A stretch of DNA of 62,029 nt, counting the filler, from Globobulimina sp. (lineage: Eukaryota): the NCBI GenBank assembly GCA_003354225.1. It is 14 parts of 14 records of this genome, joined end to end, with 100 filler letters (N's around TTAATTAATTAA, not from the genome) between each part and the next. Parts side by side here need not be neighbours in the genome. Positions count along the whole stretch, not along the records: positions 57,699 to 62,029 come from PIVH01001343.1; 13 more parts are not named here. One strand, given 5' to 3'. A program made the position numbers and the translations under genes. Below the pieces are notes generated by a model, which did not search any database, was not told where the DNA came from, and saw nothing but the letters and a program-made list of their open reading frames with translations. Positions 57,699 to 62,029 of the stretch are shown piece by piece. Numbering within the stretch: position 1 is the stretch's first letter; every line of letters starts with the position of its first letter.

Positions 57699-60600
57699 GA
57701 TCCTTTATCTCCTTTATTATCAATGAATTTTGAATTGGAAATTGTTACCATTGGATCCAAAGCTTTATCAATTTCATTGCCAAAATCATAAATTAAGCCA
57801 ACAAACGTAAATCGATTGGATTCAAATGTGCAATTATCGATTGATACATCATTGCCGCCGCCAACATCAATCAAACCAACTTTTTTCGCACCAAATTCTC
57901 GATTATTAATAAAAATACTATCTTTAAATTGAATGCTCGAACATTGCACTTGAAACATACCGCCCGCAAATCTATTATTTATAAATACTGTATCCACCAA
58001 AGAATGCGTCACAAAATCTGGTAATGCTGTACATGGATAATTTATTCCATCCAAAAGTTCTGCGATTAAGAATGGTGTGGAAAGCACGTAATTTTGCCAC
58101 AAACCATTTTGAAAACTAATATGAATAATTGGGGCTACGATAAATGTGTGGAATACAGCAGTTCCGGTTACATCTGAAAATGTGCTTTGTTTCAATATGA
58201 TGGATGAATAAAATGAGGGATTGTATTCCATTGCAGTTTCAATAACATTTAGTTTTGTGTTGCTAAATGAACACGTATCGAATGTAACATTTGGATACCA
58301 CGAATTGCCCAATGTTTCAAACTTAAATGCGGTCAAACCATTTAATTCTTGAAATAAACAATCTGCAAATAATAATACGGTGTTTGTATTGGATGTAAAA
58401 TTGGCTGCCAACTCATTTGAGAATATGCGGATTGGCAATAATGTAAATTGTGAGTTGTAAACATAAATTTCATCATTTGGATCCATAAAAGTAGTGAATG
58501 CAAAATATTGCGATGAAAATGCTGTGGCAGTAAAATTAGTATCACTTATATTTATTTTTGAATTTAAATTGGATGAATCTGGAAGTGTGGCATTCATATA
58601 AATGCCACTCATATCAGTAATGGTGGATTGCTTAATTTCAATGTCAACCACAGACACAATATTTATAAATAATTTATTTTGCGATAAGGTCATTCCCAAT
58701 AAATCAACAGAAACATCGCCTAATTCAAATACGGTTTTTTCTATATTATTGCCAATAAATGACATTGTTTCGGATTTTAAAAATAAGGAATTTACATTAT
58801 AATCAACTCCGATGGCAGAGATTAAGGTATTTGCTGAGTTTTGATTGAATTTTGAATCCCTTAAATATATACGTCCTTCACCACTAAAATCAAATAAATT
58901 ATCATCCAATGAATTGTGTGATATTATGGCATCTGCAAAATTAATATTTGTGTCTGATAATTGAAAGACTAATAAATTGATTGCAATGTTATTGGTAAAA
59001 TTCACTGCTTCAAAATTGACTGAACCAAAGTTATTAATTGACATTAATGATACAGTCATATTATTTAATGTGGACTCTCTCGTATTGTCAATGGCAGTGT
59101 GTAATATTGTGATTGACGAAATCGATGAATTATTCTCAATAATATTGCGTATTCGCAAAATCTCAAAATCACATTTGTTATCAATAAATTGTGTATGTTT
59201 CAAAATAACATCTCCAAACAGTGCGCCATAAATCAAATATTTCCGAACATCATTATTAATCATTACCATATTGCTTATATTTGCATCTTTAAAATTATTT
59301 AAGGACATAATAGAATTTCCTGCGGTTAAAGCATTACTATTATTTACCAGTAATGTGTCAATAACAATATCCGCATTATCGATACTATCAAATACTAACA
59401 TATCAAACGCATCGTTGCCATCAAAACCTGACCATAATATATTAAGTGTACCATTTATTCCAGTCACGTTTAGCAAACTTTCTGTGGCGCCATTATCTAT
59501 GAAAGAGGTGTTAATAATATTCATGTTACCGCCAGACAGTGCGAATACAAAAGTATTCGTGGCATCAATATTGTTCATTATTGCAGAATTATCGATTGTT
59601 GCGGATCGAAATTCCATGGCACCAATTAAAATTGAATCAGGTAATGGTCCCTGGTTCATATTATTTGCAACTTTAACGGTTGAAAATGTTACACTGCCAA
59701 TATCATTGCCAGCACTTTGCATAATCTGTGTGACATTGTTGTTTTCAATGGAGGTGGCATCAATATTTATGTTGGAGACATTTGAAATATCAAATAATAA
59801 TTCTGTACTCTTAATTTCTCCATTTATGCCATTATAATTATTGCTGATATTGGATGATGTCCAAATAAAATCACCCTCATTACTGCTCACCTCAACAAGT
59901 GTTTTATTAATGTTATTCATTGAAATGACACAATGCTCAAATAATATATCGCCAAAGACTTGACGCAGTTGAATGAAATAGTTTGCATTATTCATAATTG
60001 CATAACATTCAGAAATAGAAATATCCGCAAACTCATAAAAGGCAATCAATGTTTCATACAATAGGTTGTTATAATTATTATTAATCAAATTAATATCTAC
60101 AATATCAATGTTACCATTGCGGAGTCCATCAAATCGCAGTAAATTATCGGCATTGTTATTAGAGACATTTGAATTTGTTATATTCAACGAATTAACTCCA
60201 GCCATACGTAATAAATGATTATATCCATCATTATCAATGAAATGGCTATGTATAATGTCAACCGATCCATTTAATAAGGCACTGAAAAGAACAACAAATT
60301 CGTCATTGTTCACAAACACAGAGTTTTGTATGGCCAAATGGTTAAAATGATTTATTTCAATTAAAATGTTATTTGCATTCGTATTTGTATTAATATTATT
60401 TAATACATCAACGTTTTCCATCACAATGTCGCCAGCGGAGTTACCTTCAAATACAACATATTGAATGGCCAAATTATCTCTAATTATTATATCCGTCATC
60501 GAGACAGAATTAATAATGGATGCATTGAGTAATGATAAAATGGAATTATTTGCATTATGGTTGTTTGATATATTTACAGATTTTAATGCGAAATCTCCGC

Positions 60601-62029
60601 CATAAAGTTTGGAATTTATAATATTATCAGAGATACGATTATTATCTATGGCACACTCTGCAAATATAACATCACCGGATACACTTGTTTTGAATATATA
60701 TTGCCCAAAATTATTGAATATGTCACAATTTGTAACCTCAATATCTACGAATGAATCAAATAAAATTAATGTTTTAGAATCTATCATAACATTATTATCA
60801 ACATTATTCAGTGCAAATTCAAAATTGGTTACATCCACATTGCCATCATTTGTCCCATAAACTTGTACAATATCTTGTGCAGTGTTTTCAATTATTTTGA
60901 CATTAAACAAAGATAAGGATTTAATCTCATTCATATTCAACGTAGATTGGGATGCATCATTATGTTCAAACAATGTATCATTCATAACAACAGAGCCACG
61001 GATAATTGCTGCAAAAACATGTGTTGCTCGATGGTTATCTATGATATCTACCTCAGAAATAGTTAAATCAGTAAAATTAATGATATTCATTAAAATGGTG
61101 TTGTTTAACGGTCCATTATTAGTGTTGTTAATTATTTTGCTGTTTTGAATGGTCATACGTCCATTGCCGGATCCTTTAAATGTAAAATAGTTCGTAGCAT
61201 AATTATTATCAATGTTCAATGCGTACAAAAATACATTATTAATGTTTGTAACATCGATCAGTGATTCAACACTATTTGTTATTGAATTGATTGTATTCTC
61301 ATTTTGTGAAATGTTGCAGTTTTTGAGTGAGAAATTGCCATCGAAATTAGTTTGGTTTATATTTATCAGATTATTGTCAATATCATTCATTCGGATTTGG
61401 CAATGATTAAATTTAATATCACCACTAACTAACAGTTTGAATAAATAATCGGCATCATTCCTATTTGCAGTGACATTCATTGCATTTAAATCATGAAACG
61501 AATCTAATAAAATTAACGTTTCTCCGTTGAGTGCTAAATCCGCGATGTTATTCCCTGAAACTACCAAATTACTCAGCTGTGCATTATTGCCGTTGTTACT
61601 CATTCCATATATTAGCATTACATCAATTGCTGTATTTCCAATGATGTTAATATTATTCATAAATAATGCTTCAACTCCATTTATATTGATTAATGTTTCA
61701 AATCCATCATTATCATTGATCTCTGTATTAGTTATTGTTACATCACCATTCAGCAAGAAATATAACAGACCCATTCGATTCTCATTGTTAATAAATACGG
61801 TATCTGATATTCGCAAATCCGTAAAATTATTTGCATGGATCATCATATCATTGTTTCCAATCTCATCATTTGTATTATCTCTAATTTCGGTACCTTCAAA
61901 TATTATATTCCCAGTTCCTTTTCCATTCACCGCAAACAGTGAATTTGCATACTTATCTGCAATATGCGTTGATGATATTAATACAGAGCTAATTCCCGTG
62001 ATATCCACAAACGTTCCAATCCTTTGTGT
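57699..62029 (-). CDS. Giant Asn/Ile-rich right-handed beta-helix (pectin-lyase-like) repeat protein, internal fragment
   Basis: A single frame is open across the whole 4331-bp contig. Recurrent I.N..F.NN turns and higher-order repeats of 243-250 aa. Confidence 0.8.

Overview
This window is not one locus. It is 14 unlinked contigs sorted by length (4345 down to 4331 bp), joined by 13 identical 100-bp linkers (44 N + TTAATTAATTAA + 44 N), so gene neighbourhood only has meaning within a contig. The DNA is mostly from an AT-rich, gene-dense microbial eukaryote with short GT-AG introns (mostly 49-80 nt). The gene families suggest a foraminiferan or other rhizarian, which is inference only. Mobile elements: a BEL/Pao LTR-retrotransposon gag-pol, two RNase H-bearing non-LTR retrotransposons, a ~225-bp MITE, and the end of a bacterial RIT-type tyrosine-recombinase element joined to eukaryotic DNA. 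Cellular genes: UBL-SAM-Rab, 7TM-RGS, G-beta, Arf, two-pore channel, PPR-SMR, three tandem M6PR/ATG27-like genes, Hsp70, a Rad51 paralogue, MYND-WD40, SAM-TPR, a fucosyltransferase-like protein, a gustatory-receptor-like protein and a giant beta-helix protein. No multi-gene novel system can be supported. The best leads are the RIT/eukaryote junction, the BEL/Pao element in a protist-like assembly, the UBL-SAM-Rab fusion, the MITE, and a 32-bp insertion flanked by direct repeats that frameshifts a GR-like gene.
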